From: Chthonomonadales bacterium
GTDB taxonomy: Bacteria > Armatimonadota > Chthonomonadetes > Chthonomonadales > Chthonomonadaceae
Direction: 5' to 3'
Length of the DNA: 31,232 nt
Assembly: GCA_038217285.1 (NCBI GenBank)
Contig: JBBQPO010000033.1
Coordinates: forward strand, 1-31,232
Part shown: positions 1 through 7,992 of the stretch, piece by piece
How positions within the stretch are numbered: position 1 is the stretch's first letter
How the letters are laid out: every line of letters starts with the position of its first letter
Notes under the pieces: generated by a model
Told to the model about the DNA's origin: nothing
Database searches by the model: none
What the model saw: the letters and a program-made list of their open reading frames with translations, nothing else
Position numbers and translations under genes: made by a program

Positions 1-1559
1 CGGGTTCCTGCACCGATCACACAGGAGAGGCCGAAGGGGTTGCAGCCCAGAATGAAATCGCGCTGGCGTCGGGCAAGATCGACATACTCTTTCTCCCCCG
101 AGAGTGCCGCGTAGACAAGCGAGGTGATGGCCGCTCCTGCCGCCGCCTCCGCCGTTCCCCAGATGTACGGCGTACCGAGGCCATAGGGGTTCTGAGAACG
201 ACGACGCGTCAGTTGCGCGTCCGAACGCAGATGGTCCAGCAGAAGGCGACGGTGCGCCGGAGGGGCGTAGGGATAGAGCGTATAGTGCGCCATGGCGTGC
301 GTGTTGTAGACGCTGGTCTGATCGTCGGCGGGACCAGCTTCCAGCGAGAAAGCCAACGCGTCACGCAGATAGTCCGGGTGTCTGGTCGATTTATAGAGGT
401 CGATGGCGGCCCACTCCATATCGTCCTTCCAGGTGCGCTCTGGGTAGAAGTCGTAGGGTTTGGTCGTCAGCACCTTCTTGTTCTGGAGGCCCAACTGGTA
501 GACCGATTGCGCGGCGGCCAGACAGCGTGCGGCGAACTGCGGCGCATAGGGCCGATAGAGGCGGGAAGCGATGGACAAGGCGACCGCAGTACGGCCCGCC
601 AGATTGGCGCCGACGCCGAAATAGACCGGGCGCGGCTTCCAGGTCTTGTTGCATCTGGCGCAGTCGTCTTCCGGCAGACGCCAAGTATCGTGGTCCGTCG
701 CGTCGCCGACCTGATAGTAGAACTCGTGCGGAGAGGGATGCATCTTCAGCAGCCAGTCGAGGCCGACCTTGGCGTATGCCAGCAGTAATGGCATGGTTCC
801 GACCCGAACCCGGGCGGGAAACTGCCGACGGTTGTGCTCGTAGGCGAACAGCATCACGGCGGTGACATAGCTGGTAGTCTCGACGAACTTCAGATAGTCA
901 CCCGCGTCGTGCCAGCCGCCGGAAGCGTCGATACGGTGTCCATTGCGCGGGCCGCCGACGATCACACCGTCATCGAGATGGCAGTTACCGCGATGGGCCG
1001 ACTTCTGGGTTCCGCAGCGCTGCACATCGAAGTACTTCAGCAGCAGTGGAACCAGCCGCGAATAGACATTCGATCCGATCGAGAACGGCGGCGACAGATG
1101 CCCGTCTGAGAGACGCAGACGATAGCGGCCGGGACGCTGAAACGCGCCGAAGTCCGCAAAAAAATGGTGGTCATAGTGACCGTACTTCGCGCCGTTGGGA
1201 TTGTGGTAGAGCGTTAAGGCTCCCGTAAAGCGGATCTCGGGCGTGACATCGTCGTCCACGATGGCGAACGCGTTGCCCGGAACCGGGCCTGTGGCAGGTA
1301 TGACGGCCCGTTTGGGTTCCCCAGGCAGAAAACCGACCTGATTAATGTGGACCCTGGCATCGACATGCCGGCGGATGGGGGAGGCTGTATTCGTTGCGCG
1401 CTGTTTCGCTGCCAGATTGACGGACGATTTCTGAGCCGCCGACTTCTCATTGGCCCAGGCATGGCCGGACAGCAGGCTCGCTCCAAGGCCAAACGACCCC
1501 GTCAGAAACCGCCGCCGGCTCGGTTGATAGCGCTTTGATTCGTCTACGTCTTCGCCCAT
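1..1559 (-). CDS. Tat-exported glycoside hydrolase family 9 with N-terminal Ig-like domain; 3' end lies beyond the left window edge
   Basis: Absent from the ORF track because it has no stop in the window. Manual translation from ATG 1559 gives MGEDVDESKRYQPSRRRFLTGSFGLGASLLSGHAWA (twin-arginine signal), VHINQVGFLPGEPKRAV (GH9 Ig-domain start), DASGGWHDAGDYLKF (catalytic Asp motif), and ...VIGAGT at the window edge. Clear paralog of the next gene. Confidence 0.92.
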   Translation of the reverse strand, partial: MGEDVDESKRYQPSRRRFLTGSFGLGASLLSGHAWANEKSAAQKSSVNLAAKQRATNTASPIRRHVDARVHINQVGFLPGEPKRAVIPATGPVPGNAFAIVDDDVTPEIRFTGALTLYHNPNGAKYGHYDHHFFADFGAFQRPGRYRLRLSDGHLSPPFSIGSNVYSRLVPLLLKYFDVQRCGTQKSAHRGNCHLDDGVIVGGPRNGHRIDASGGWHDAGDYLKFVETTSYVTAVMLFAYEHNRRQFPARVRVGTMPLLLAYAKVGLDWLLKMHPSPHEFYYQVGDATDHDTWRLPEDDCARCNKTWKPRPVYFGVGANLAGRTAVALSIASRLYRPYAPQFAARCLAAAQSVYQLGLQNKKVLTTKPYDFYPERTWKDDMEWAAIDLYKSTRHPDYLRDALAFSLEAGPADDQTSVYNTHAMAHYTLYPYAPPAHRRLLLDHLRSDAQLTRRRSQNPYGLGTPYIWGTAEAAAGAAITSLVYAALSGEKEYVDLARRQRDFILGCNPFGLSCVIGAGT

Positions 1560-1795
1560 GTTCTGTTGTCTTTCGCGCCTCGTACCCCGTTTACTATCAA
1601 ACGCCTGACGGAGCGAGGGAGGGAGAAGTTCCTTCAGGGAAATTGATTGGTGTAGGTTCTCAAAGCAGAGAACAACCTTTTTGCGGTATTGAGTTCCCGT
1701 TCTCAACACGTTTAAGGGCAGGCAGGGTGTTGTCGGCTCTCGATGTGCGGTTCTTCTGCAGGGCGTGAGGTCGGGTGCGGTAACAACGCCTATTC

Positions 1796-3553
1796 TCAGT
1801 TTGTGGGCAGATAGAAGGAGGTCAGGAGGAGGAACTGTGCAGTGTAGTCGATGGCAGGCTCGTTGGTGACGAAGTCATGGACGGAGTCTTGATAGACGCC
1901 GACCTTAGCAGGATCCAGACTGGAAACCTGCCCGAAGGGGACGCTGTATTCGAGGTTTTTGTGGCCGAAGTCCTGTTCTTGGAGGACTTCCAGACTGGTG
2001 GGGCCGGCGATCATACCGCCGGTGAGCTGGGTTTTGCTGATGGCGGCGACTTGATGGTGGGGCGAGAGCGGGAACCGTGTTCCGGCTCCGATGACGCAGG
2101 AGAGCCCGAAAGGGTTGCAGCCGAGGATGTAGTCTCGCTGACGCCGCGCGACCTCTGTCGCCGACGGATCACCGGAGAGTTTCGCATAGAGCAGGCAGGT
2201 GAGAGCGGCACCTGTCGCAGTTTCCGCCGTCCCCCAGACATAGGGAGTCGCCAGTCCGTACGAGCCGCGCATCTGACGGCGCAAGCGGTCTGCATCGGAC
2301 TTCAAGTAGCCAAGAATTTTTTCACGATCCTCGGAAGAGGCATGCGGGTAGAGAGCGAAATGGGCCAGGGCATTGGTCGTATAGACGCTGACCTGTTCGC
2401 CGGCGACATCGACCTCCTCGGCAAAAGCGAGCGCCTGCCGCAGATAGGCGGGTTTGCGCGTCGCCTTGAACAGTTCCGCCGCCCCCCACTCCATGTCGTC
2501 GTCCCCGGTATCTTCCGGATAGAACGAATGCGGCTGCGTCGAGAGAGCACGGCTGTTCTTCAGGCCCAATCGATAGACGGACTGCGCGGCGACAAGGCAA
2601 CGGGCGGCGAACTCAGGCGCGGCGCTTTTGTAGAGACGGGACGCCATGGCGAAGGCGGCGGCCGTGCGCCCGGCAAGATTGGCACCGATACCGAAGAACG
2701 CCGGACGGGCATGCCACGACTTGCGAAAGGTCCGATTGTCCTGTTCCGGAAGACGCCAGCGGTCATGATCGCTCTTGTCACCGACCTGATAGTAGAACTC
2801 GTCCGGCGTCGGGTGCATCTTTAGCAGCCAGTCCAGCCCGACTTTCGCCTGCACGAGCAGGGGAGAGAGTGCAGGAGCGCCGGACGAACTTGCGACAAGC
2901 TGCGGGTGCAGATCACAGGCGAACAGCATCAGCGCGACGGCATAACTGGTGGTTTCGACAAATTTCAGGTAGTCCCCGGCGTCGTGCCATCCGCCTGTCG
3001 CATCAAAAGGCTGCCCGTCGCGTGGTCCACCTCGGGCTATGCCGTCGTCCAGATGGCAGGGTTTGCGCTGCGGAGAGGTCTGCGCCCCGCACTGCTGCAC
3101 ACCGAAGTAGTTCAACATTAACGGGATCAGATCTGCGTAGGCCGCCGAGCCGATGGCGAAGGGCGGGGAGAGTGTGCCGTCCGCAAGGCGAAGTCGATAG
3201 CGTCCCGGGCGTCGAAACGCGCTGAAATTCGCGGTCCAGTCCTGTTCCTGCGCGTCGGATTGGGAGTGATCGGACGTCGTCAACTCACCGGAGTGCCTTC
3301 TGACTCCCGTTTTCTCTTCAATCAGATGAAAAGCGGGCGTGGACGGTGGCGTGGTAACGGAGACGACAGCGCGCTTTGGTTCTGCCGGGAGATAGCCGAC
3401 TTGATTCAGGTGCACCCTATTCCGTCGTGATGTCTCTGAAGGACCGCTCGCGCCGGCTTTAGCGCCGAAGAGGCCCATCCCTGCCGCCAGAGTGCCGGAG
3501 AGGAAGTGGCGGCGAGGGAAGGAGGCCGGGGCGATTTCCTTAGCTCGATTCAA
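1796..3553 (-). CDS. Tat-exported glycoside hydrolase family 9 (Ig-like domain + (alpha/alpha)6 barrel)
   Basis: Motifs VHLNQVGYLP, DATGGWHDAGDYLKF, PHH and YQDSVHDFVTNEPAIDYTA (catalytic Glu). Start moved from 3622 to TTG 3553, which has an AAAAGGAG RBS 8 nt upstream and gives the Tat signal PRRHFLSGTLAAG. Confidence 0.93.
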   Translation of the reverse strand: MNRAKEIAPASFPRRHFLSGTLAAGMGLFGAKAGASGPSETSRRNRVHLNQVGYLPAEPKRAVVSVTTPPSTPAFHLIEEKTGVRRHSGELTTSDHSQSDAQEQDWTANFSAFRRPGRYRLRLADGTLSPPFAIGSAAYADLIPLMLNYFGVQQCGAQTSPQRKPCHLDDGIARGGPRDGQPFDATGGWHDAGDYLKFVETTSYAVALMLFACDLHPQLVASSSGAPALSPLLVQAKVGLDWLLKMHPTPDEFYYQVGDKSDHDRWRLPEQDNRTFRKSWHARPAFFGIGANLAGRTAAAFAMASRLYKSAAPEFAARCLVAAQSVYRLGLKNSRALSTQPHSFYPEDTGDDDMEWGAAELFKATRKPAYLRQALAFAEEVDVAGEQVSVYTTNALAHFALYPHASSEDREKILGYLKSDADRLRRQMRGSYGLATPYVWGTAETATGAALTCLLYAKLSGDPSATEVARRQRDYILGCNPFGLSCVIGAGTRFPLSPHHQVAAISKTQLTGGMIAGPTSLEVLQEQDFGHKNLEYSVPFGQVSSLDPAKVGVYQDSVHDFVTNEPAIDYTAQFLLLTSFYLPTN

Positions 3554-3585
3554 AGAGAGGGCTCCTTTTTCCGACGAATCGCCCT

Positions 3586-4611
3586 CTATCCGGCGACATC
3601 GACGACGCGGTTCTCTTCCCAACTGGTTTTTGCGGCCTCGATGATCTCCTGGACGGCCAGACCATCTTCGCCGCTTGCCTCGATCTCCTCACGCGGGACT
3701 CCAGCCTTGACCTGCTCGATCCATCGGGCGATTCGTTTGTCGAAGGTCTGTCCGAAGCCCGTCATGCCGCCCATAATGCTGTTCTTGATGACAGTCAACT
3801 CCAGGCTGCGGCGCGGGTAGAAGGTCAGCTCTTCGAAGCAGTTGTCCAGCACGAAGCGGCCTTCGGTGCCCATGACTTCGCAGCGCTCCAGATTGTGGGC
3901 CGGGTTGGTGTCGTAGGAGCCTGTCAGATGCCCGACGACGCCGTTCTCGAAGAGGATGTTGACCTGCGCGTTGCTCCAGCAGACACGCTTGCCATCGGGG
4001 CCGTCTTCCTTGGGGGCGCGGTTGAAGAACGCCTGCACTTTGACGGCCTTGCCGCAGTAGTAGCGCATGATGTCGAGGGAGTGCGGGTGCAGCGCGCGAA
4101 TGTGGAACCAGGGCGATGTCTCGTTGGGGTTGCCGATCCACATGGTCATGTTGCAGAGCAGAGGCGTGCCGAGTTTGCCGCTCGTGATCCACTCCTTGGC
4201 CTGCGCTCCCGGCGGGGTAAAGCGGTGATTCAGGTTGATACCGAAATAGAGGTTCTTCTCTTGTGCCGTCGCCACCATCTCGCGAGCATGTTCGATGTTG
4301 TTGCTGATCGGCTTCTCACCGAGCACATGCAGCCCGGCGTGGAGGCACTCCATGACCGGCTTGTAGTGGTCGCCGCCGTTGTCGGCTCCGGCGGAGCAGA
4401 CGGAGACCATGTTCAGCTCTTTGCCGACGTCCCCCAGCATCTCCTCGATGCTGTACCACTTCTTCACGCCATCCCTCGCCGCCGACTTGTCTGCTCGTTC
4501 GGGCAGGATGTCGCAGTAGCCGAGCAGTTCCGTATCCGGGTGACGCAGGTAGATCGGGCCGTGCGTGTTTCCAATGCCGCCACATCCGATGACCGCCACT
4601 TTGAGAGCCAT
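3586..4611 (-). CDS. Gfo/Idh/MocA family NAD(P)-dependent oxidoreductase (paralog B)
   Basis: KVAVIGCGGIG Rossmann motif, HVLGEKP, NHRF; GAGGAG RBS upstream. Confidence 0.92.
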   Translation of the reverse strand: MALKVAVIGCGGIGNTHGPIYLRHPDTELLGYCDILPERADKSAARDGVKKWYSIEEMLGDVGKELNMVSVCSAGADNGGDHYKPVMECLHAGLHVLGEKPISNNIEHAREMVATAQEKNLYFGINLNHRFTPPGAQAKEWITSGKLGTPLLCNMTMWIGNPNETSPWFHIRALHPHSLDIMRYYCGKAVKVQAFFNRAPKEDGPDGKRVCWSNAQVNILFENGVVGHLTGSYDTNPAHNLERCEVMGTEGRFVLDNCFEELTFYPRRSLELTVIKNSIMGGMTGFGQTFDKRIARWIEQVKAGVPREEIEASGEDGLAVQEIIEAAKTSWEENRVVDVAG

Positions 4612-4647
4612 TTCTATTCTCCTCTATAAATCGTGTACTTGAAAATG

Positions 4648-5670
4648 TCAGCCGTTTTCGACATCGACCACGCGCTCTTCTTCCCAACTCTGAATCGCCG
4701 CTTCGATGATCTCCTGAACGGCCAGACCGTCCTCGCCGCTTGCATCGATCTGGTCGCGGGGAACCCCGGCCTGGATCTGTTCGACCCAGCGGTTGACGCG
4801 ACGGGCGATGGTAGCATCGAAGTTGGGGACGCCGCCGAACAGGGCGTTCGGAATCACCACCAGCTCCTGACTGCGCCGGGGATAGAGAGTCAACTTCTCA
4901 TAGCAGTTGTCGATGACGAACCGGCCTTCCGTGCCCATGACCTCGGTCCGCTCAAGGCTCAGGCGACTGTTCGCGTCGTAGGAGCCGGTGAGATGGCCGA
5001 CCGCCCCGCTCTCGAAGAGCACGTTGACCTGCACGTTGCTCCAGGTAACGCGCTTGCCGTCCGGCCCGTCCTCTTTCGGCGCGCGGTTGAAGAAGGCGTG
5101 TACTTTGACGGCCTTGCCAAGGTAGTAACGCATGACGTCGAGGCTATGGGGATGCAGAGCGCGGATATGAAACCATGGCGATTTGTCGTTGGGATTGTCG
5201 ATCCAGAGCGTGATGTTGGCGAGCAGGGGAGCGCCGAGACGGCCCTCCTCCACCCATTTTTTTGCCTGTTCCGCCTGCGGGGTGAATCGGTGGTTGAGGT
5301 CTGTGCCGAAATAGACGCCCATCTGAGCGGCCTTGGCGACCATGGCCCGCGCTTCGGTCAGTTGGTTGGACAGCGGCTTTTCGCACAGAACGTGCTTGCC
5401 GGCCGCGAAGCACTGCATGGCCGGGCTAAAGTGGTGGGAGCCGTTCTGCGCTCCTGCCGTGGCGATGGAGACAGCCTCGAACTCCTCATTCTGCAAGAGA
5501 GCGCCGACACTATGATAGGCGCGCGCCCCGACCTTCCGCGCGGCCTCACTGGCCTTCTCTTTCAGAAGGTCGCAGACCGCCACGATCTCGACATCGGGAT
5601 GGGCGTGGTAGGCATCGAGGTGAAACGAACCGATGTGTCCGACGCCGATGACGGCGACACGTAAGGACAT
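4648..5670 (-). CDS. Gfo/Idh/MocA family oxidoreductase (paralog A)
   Basis: RVAVIGVGHIG, HVLCEKP, NHRF. Start placed at ATG 5670 (MSLRVAV) by alignment with paralog B and a GGAG upstream. Confidence 0.92.
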   Translation of the reverse strand: MSLRVAVIGVGHIGSFHLDAYHAHPDVEIVAVCDLLKEKASEAARKVGARAYHSVGALLQNEEFEAVSIATAGAQNGSHHFSPAMQCFAAGKHVLCEKPLSNQLTEARAMVAKAAQMGVYFGTDLNHRFTPQAEQAKKWVEEGRLGAPLLANITLWIDNPNDKSPWFHIRALHPHSLDVMRYYLGKAVKVHAFFNRAPKEDGPDGKRVTWSNVQVNVLFESGAVGHLTGSYDANSRLSLERTEVMGTEGRFVIDNCYEKLTLYPRRSQELVVIPNALFGGVPNFDATIARRVNRWVEQIQAGVPRDQIDASGEDGLAVQEIIEAAIQSWEEERVVDVENG

Positions 5671-5820
5671 AGTGAAAACTCTCCGTCGAGCGGGCGTCTG
5701 GTTCGCTCGTGATAATTGTCTTCCGGCGGCGCTTGTGTGCAACCTGCAGTAGGCAGAGGCGAACATGCGTCGTGGAACAGGCGTAACATTCGGCCTCTAC
5801 AAAGCAGACTCCTGCCCCTC

Positions 5821-5850
5821 TTGACAGCAACGCTCCTCCTGGACTATAAT
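5821..5850 (+). promoter_or_regulatory. sigma70 promoter of ispH
   Basis: Exact TTGACA (5821-5826), 18-nt spacer, TATAAT (5845-5850). Confidence 0.85.
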
Positions 5851-5854
5851 GAGA

Positions 5855-5879
5855 TAACAAAGAGCTTTGTTACACAAAG
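5855..5879. promoter_or_regulatory. Operator-like overlapping palindromes at the predicted ispH transcription start
   Basis: TAACAAAG-ag-CTTTGTTA (5855-5872), overlapped by CTTTGT-tac-ACAAAG (5865-5879). Confidence 0.5.
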
Positions 5880-5945
5880 TTATTCGCGGTAATGGCAGCC
5901 TGCTTTCTGTTTCAAGTGCGGCAGGCAAGGGAAGGAAAAATTACC

Positions 5946-6890
5946 ATGAATACCGATTGCGACAGTTCCAGGACAGAAGCCTCGAAGGGTCGGAGACGCG
6001 TGGTTCTGGCGGATGTGGCAGGTTTCTGCTTTGGCGTCCGGCGCGCGGTCGAAATGACCGAAGCGTTTCGGCGCGAGCATACCGGTCGTGTGACGACGCT
6101 TGGCCCCATCATTCACAACGAACAGGTCATCGCCCGGATGCGGGAGGAGGGCGTCGAAACGGCGGCTGAACTCGACACGATTCGAGAGGGCGCGGTCGTA
6201 CTTTCGGCGCACGGTGTCTCTCCATCGGTCGTCGCGCAGGCCCGGAAGCAGGGGTTGCAACTGCTTGACGTGACCTGTCCGTTCGTCACGAAAGTGCATC
6301 TGCGGGCGAAGCAGCTTCATGAGCAGGGCTATCAGGTACTGCTCGTCGGAGATCGTGGCCATTCCGAGGTGAAAGGCGTTGTCGGCGCGGTCGAAGCGCT
6401 GGGAGGGCGCGTTACGGTCCTTAGCAGTCCGGAAGAGGTCGCGACGCTGCTCATTGGCAAAAAAGTCGGCGTCATCACCCAGACCACGCAGTACGCCGAT
6501 ACCTTCGCGGCCATCGTCGCGGCGGTCAGCAAGATCGCTGTCGAGGTTCGTGCGTTCAACACCGTCTGCAACGCAACTGAGGAGCTTCAGGACGCCGCGA
6601 TCCGCATGGCGCGGCAGGTCGAGGTCGCGCTGGTCGTCGGCGGCAGAAAGAGCGCCAACACGCGGCGTCTGCGCGACCTGTGCGCCGCAGAAGGCATCCC
6701 TGCCTACCACATCGAAACGGCGGACGAGGTTGAGACCGAATGGCTGGAGGGCAAAAACGTTGTCGGCATCACAGGCGGCGCTTCGACCCCGGACTGGATT
6801 CTGGAAGAGGTGGCACGGAGCATAAACGGCGGTGAACTGCCTTCCGACTGGAGAATGCATCACCCCGATGAGTCTGTTACCCCTGGCTGA
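5946..6890 (+). CDS. ispH: 4-hydroxy-3-methylbut-2-enyl diphosphate reductase (IspH/LytB)
   Basis: AGFCFGVRRA, GPIIHN, SAHGV, DVTCPFVTKVH, HSEV, TQTT, NTVCNAT, SANT, GASTP; all three Fe-S cysteines present. Start ATG 5946 follows GGAAGGA. Confidence 0.96.
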   Translation: MNTDCDSSRTEASKGRRRVVLADVAGFCFGVRRAVEMTEAFRREHTGRVTTLGPIIHNEQVIARMREEGVETAAELDTIREGAVVLSAHGVSPSVVAQARKQGLQLLDVTCPFVTKVHLRAKQLHEQGYQVLLVGDRGHSEVKGVVGAVEALGGRVTVLSSPEEVATLLIGKKVGVITQTTQYADTFAAIVAAVSKIAVEVRAFNTVCNATEELQDAAIRMARQVEVALVVGGRKSANTRRLRDLCAAEGIPAYHIETADEVETEWLEGKNVVGITGGASTPDWILEEVARSINGGELPSDWRMHHPDESVTPG

Positions 6891-6926
6891 AGGTTAGCGA
6901 TGAAAAGCCGTTCGCGGTGACGTCAT

Positions 6927-6955
6927 CAGGCCGGGCGAGCATGTCGTCCGGCCTG
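6927..6955. terminator. Hairpin between convergent ispH and PEP-CTERM genes, probable terminator
   Basis: CAGGCCGGGCGA-gcatg-TCGTCCGGCCTG: a 12-bp stem with one G-U pair. U-tracts are weak. Confidence 0.6.
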
Positions 6956-6982
6956 TTATCAGGTCCTGAAGCGGCTCAGAGC

Positions 6983-7663
6983 TTACTTTTTGCGTCGTTT
7001 GAGGAACAGGCCGCCAGAGATGGCGAGGCCGGTTAGGAGGGCGATGCTGCCGGGCTCGGGGGTCGAGGGCGCGGCTGCCGCGCCTACACGAAGAGTGAAG
7101 CCTCCCTGAGCCGCAGCGTTGTCGGAGAAAGCCACAAACGACACGGTCTGCCCGCCAACAAGAAAACTGGAAGCGCCGCCGTAAGTGGTCGCGCTGGCGC
7201 CTCCAACGCTGTAGTTGGCGAGTTGCGTCCCGTTCGCAGGGACAAAGAACGGACTGGTCGCAGCCGTACTGCGCGCCACATCGAGGTCTGGCGGGACAAA
7301 GGTACCAGAGGGATTGTAAGACACGCCAGTACTGTTCAGGAAGATTTCCAGACCGCCGAAAGGACCGGGGCCGGCACCGCTGTTCGTGAAGGTAAAGACA
7401 TTGTCGCCGGTAGTGAGGGGAATGGAGATGCCTTTGCCGAAAGTGGTGCCATTGAACGTCAGGGACAAAGTTCCGAATCCGACGTTTGTGTTGGTTGTGT
7501 ACTGATAGGTGCCGCCGGTGGCGTCCGCGCCTGTCGAGGTGTTGGACGTCAGCAATGCGCCGACCAGCGACACCTGGGCCTGGGCCAGCAGAGGCAGAGT
7601 GACGAGAGCGCCGGCGAGTGCGAAGACTGCCGCGGCTTTTGAAATACGGTCGAGAGAGAACAT
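6983..7663 (-). CDS. PEP-CTERM sorting-domain surface protein
   Basis: Sec signal MFSLDRISKAAAVFALAGALVTLPLLAQA, a Thr/Gly/Ser-rich body, and C-terminal PEPGSIALLTGLAISGGLFLKRRKK. Start moved to ATG 7663. Confidence 0.92.
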   Translation of the reverse strand: MFSLDRISKAAAVFALAGALVTLPLLAQAQVSLVGALLTSNTSTGADATGGTYQYTTNTNVGFGTLSLTFNGTTFGKGISIPLTTGDNVFTFTNSGAGPGPFGGLEIFLNSTGVSYNPSGTFVPPDLDVARSTAATSPFFVPANGTQLANYSVGGASATTYGGASSFLVGGQTVSFVAFSDNAAAQGGFTLRVGAAAAPSTPEPGSIALLTGLAISGGLFLKRRKK

Positions 7664-7792
7664 AGCTGAGACATACCTTTCAAGAAAGAGATACAGCGAG
7701 TGTAGCCGAGCCTCAACGGGAGGGTGAAGCCTTCGTGACATACATGTGTCCGGCTTCAACTCCGTCCGTCTGTCTCAACCGGTCTCATTATA
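7664..7792 (-). promoter_or_regulatory. -10 box and structured 5' leader of the PEP-CTERM gene
   Basis: TATAAT on the minus strand at 7787-7792; leader ends are complementary (7771-7780 with 7664-7673); internal hairpin at 7719-7763. Confidence 0.5.
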
Positions 7793-7992
7793 CGGATCTA
7801 CCGCAACAGCAGCGCAACAAGAATCGTAACAGACCCGGTACTGGGGACGTAAATGGCTTTCCGCCTCAACATTTTCAAAATAAAACGCCAAACAAGGAAA
7901 AATCTGCCGCTGGAAACGGGCTGGAGAAAACTCCTTCCGCGTGGGTATAATGGGAGCCACAGCTCTTCTAACTATACTGGGAACCAGAGTCC

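Noticed and set aside
213..5664. Long plus-strand ORFs (213..788, 1877..2824, 3895..4629, 4633..5664)
   Set aside because: Antisense shadows of the GH9 and Gfo genes.
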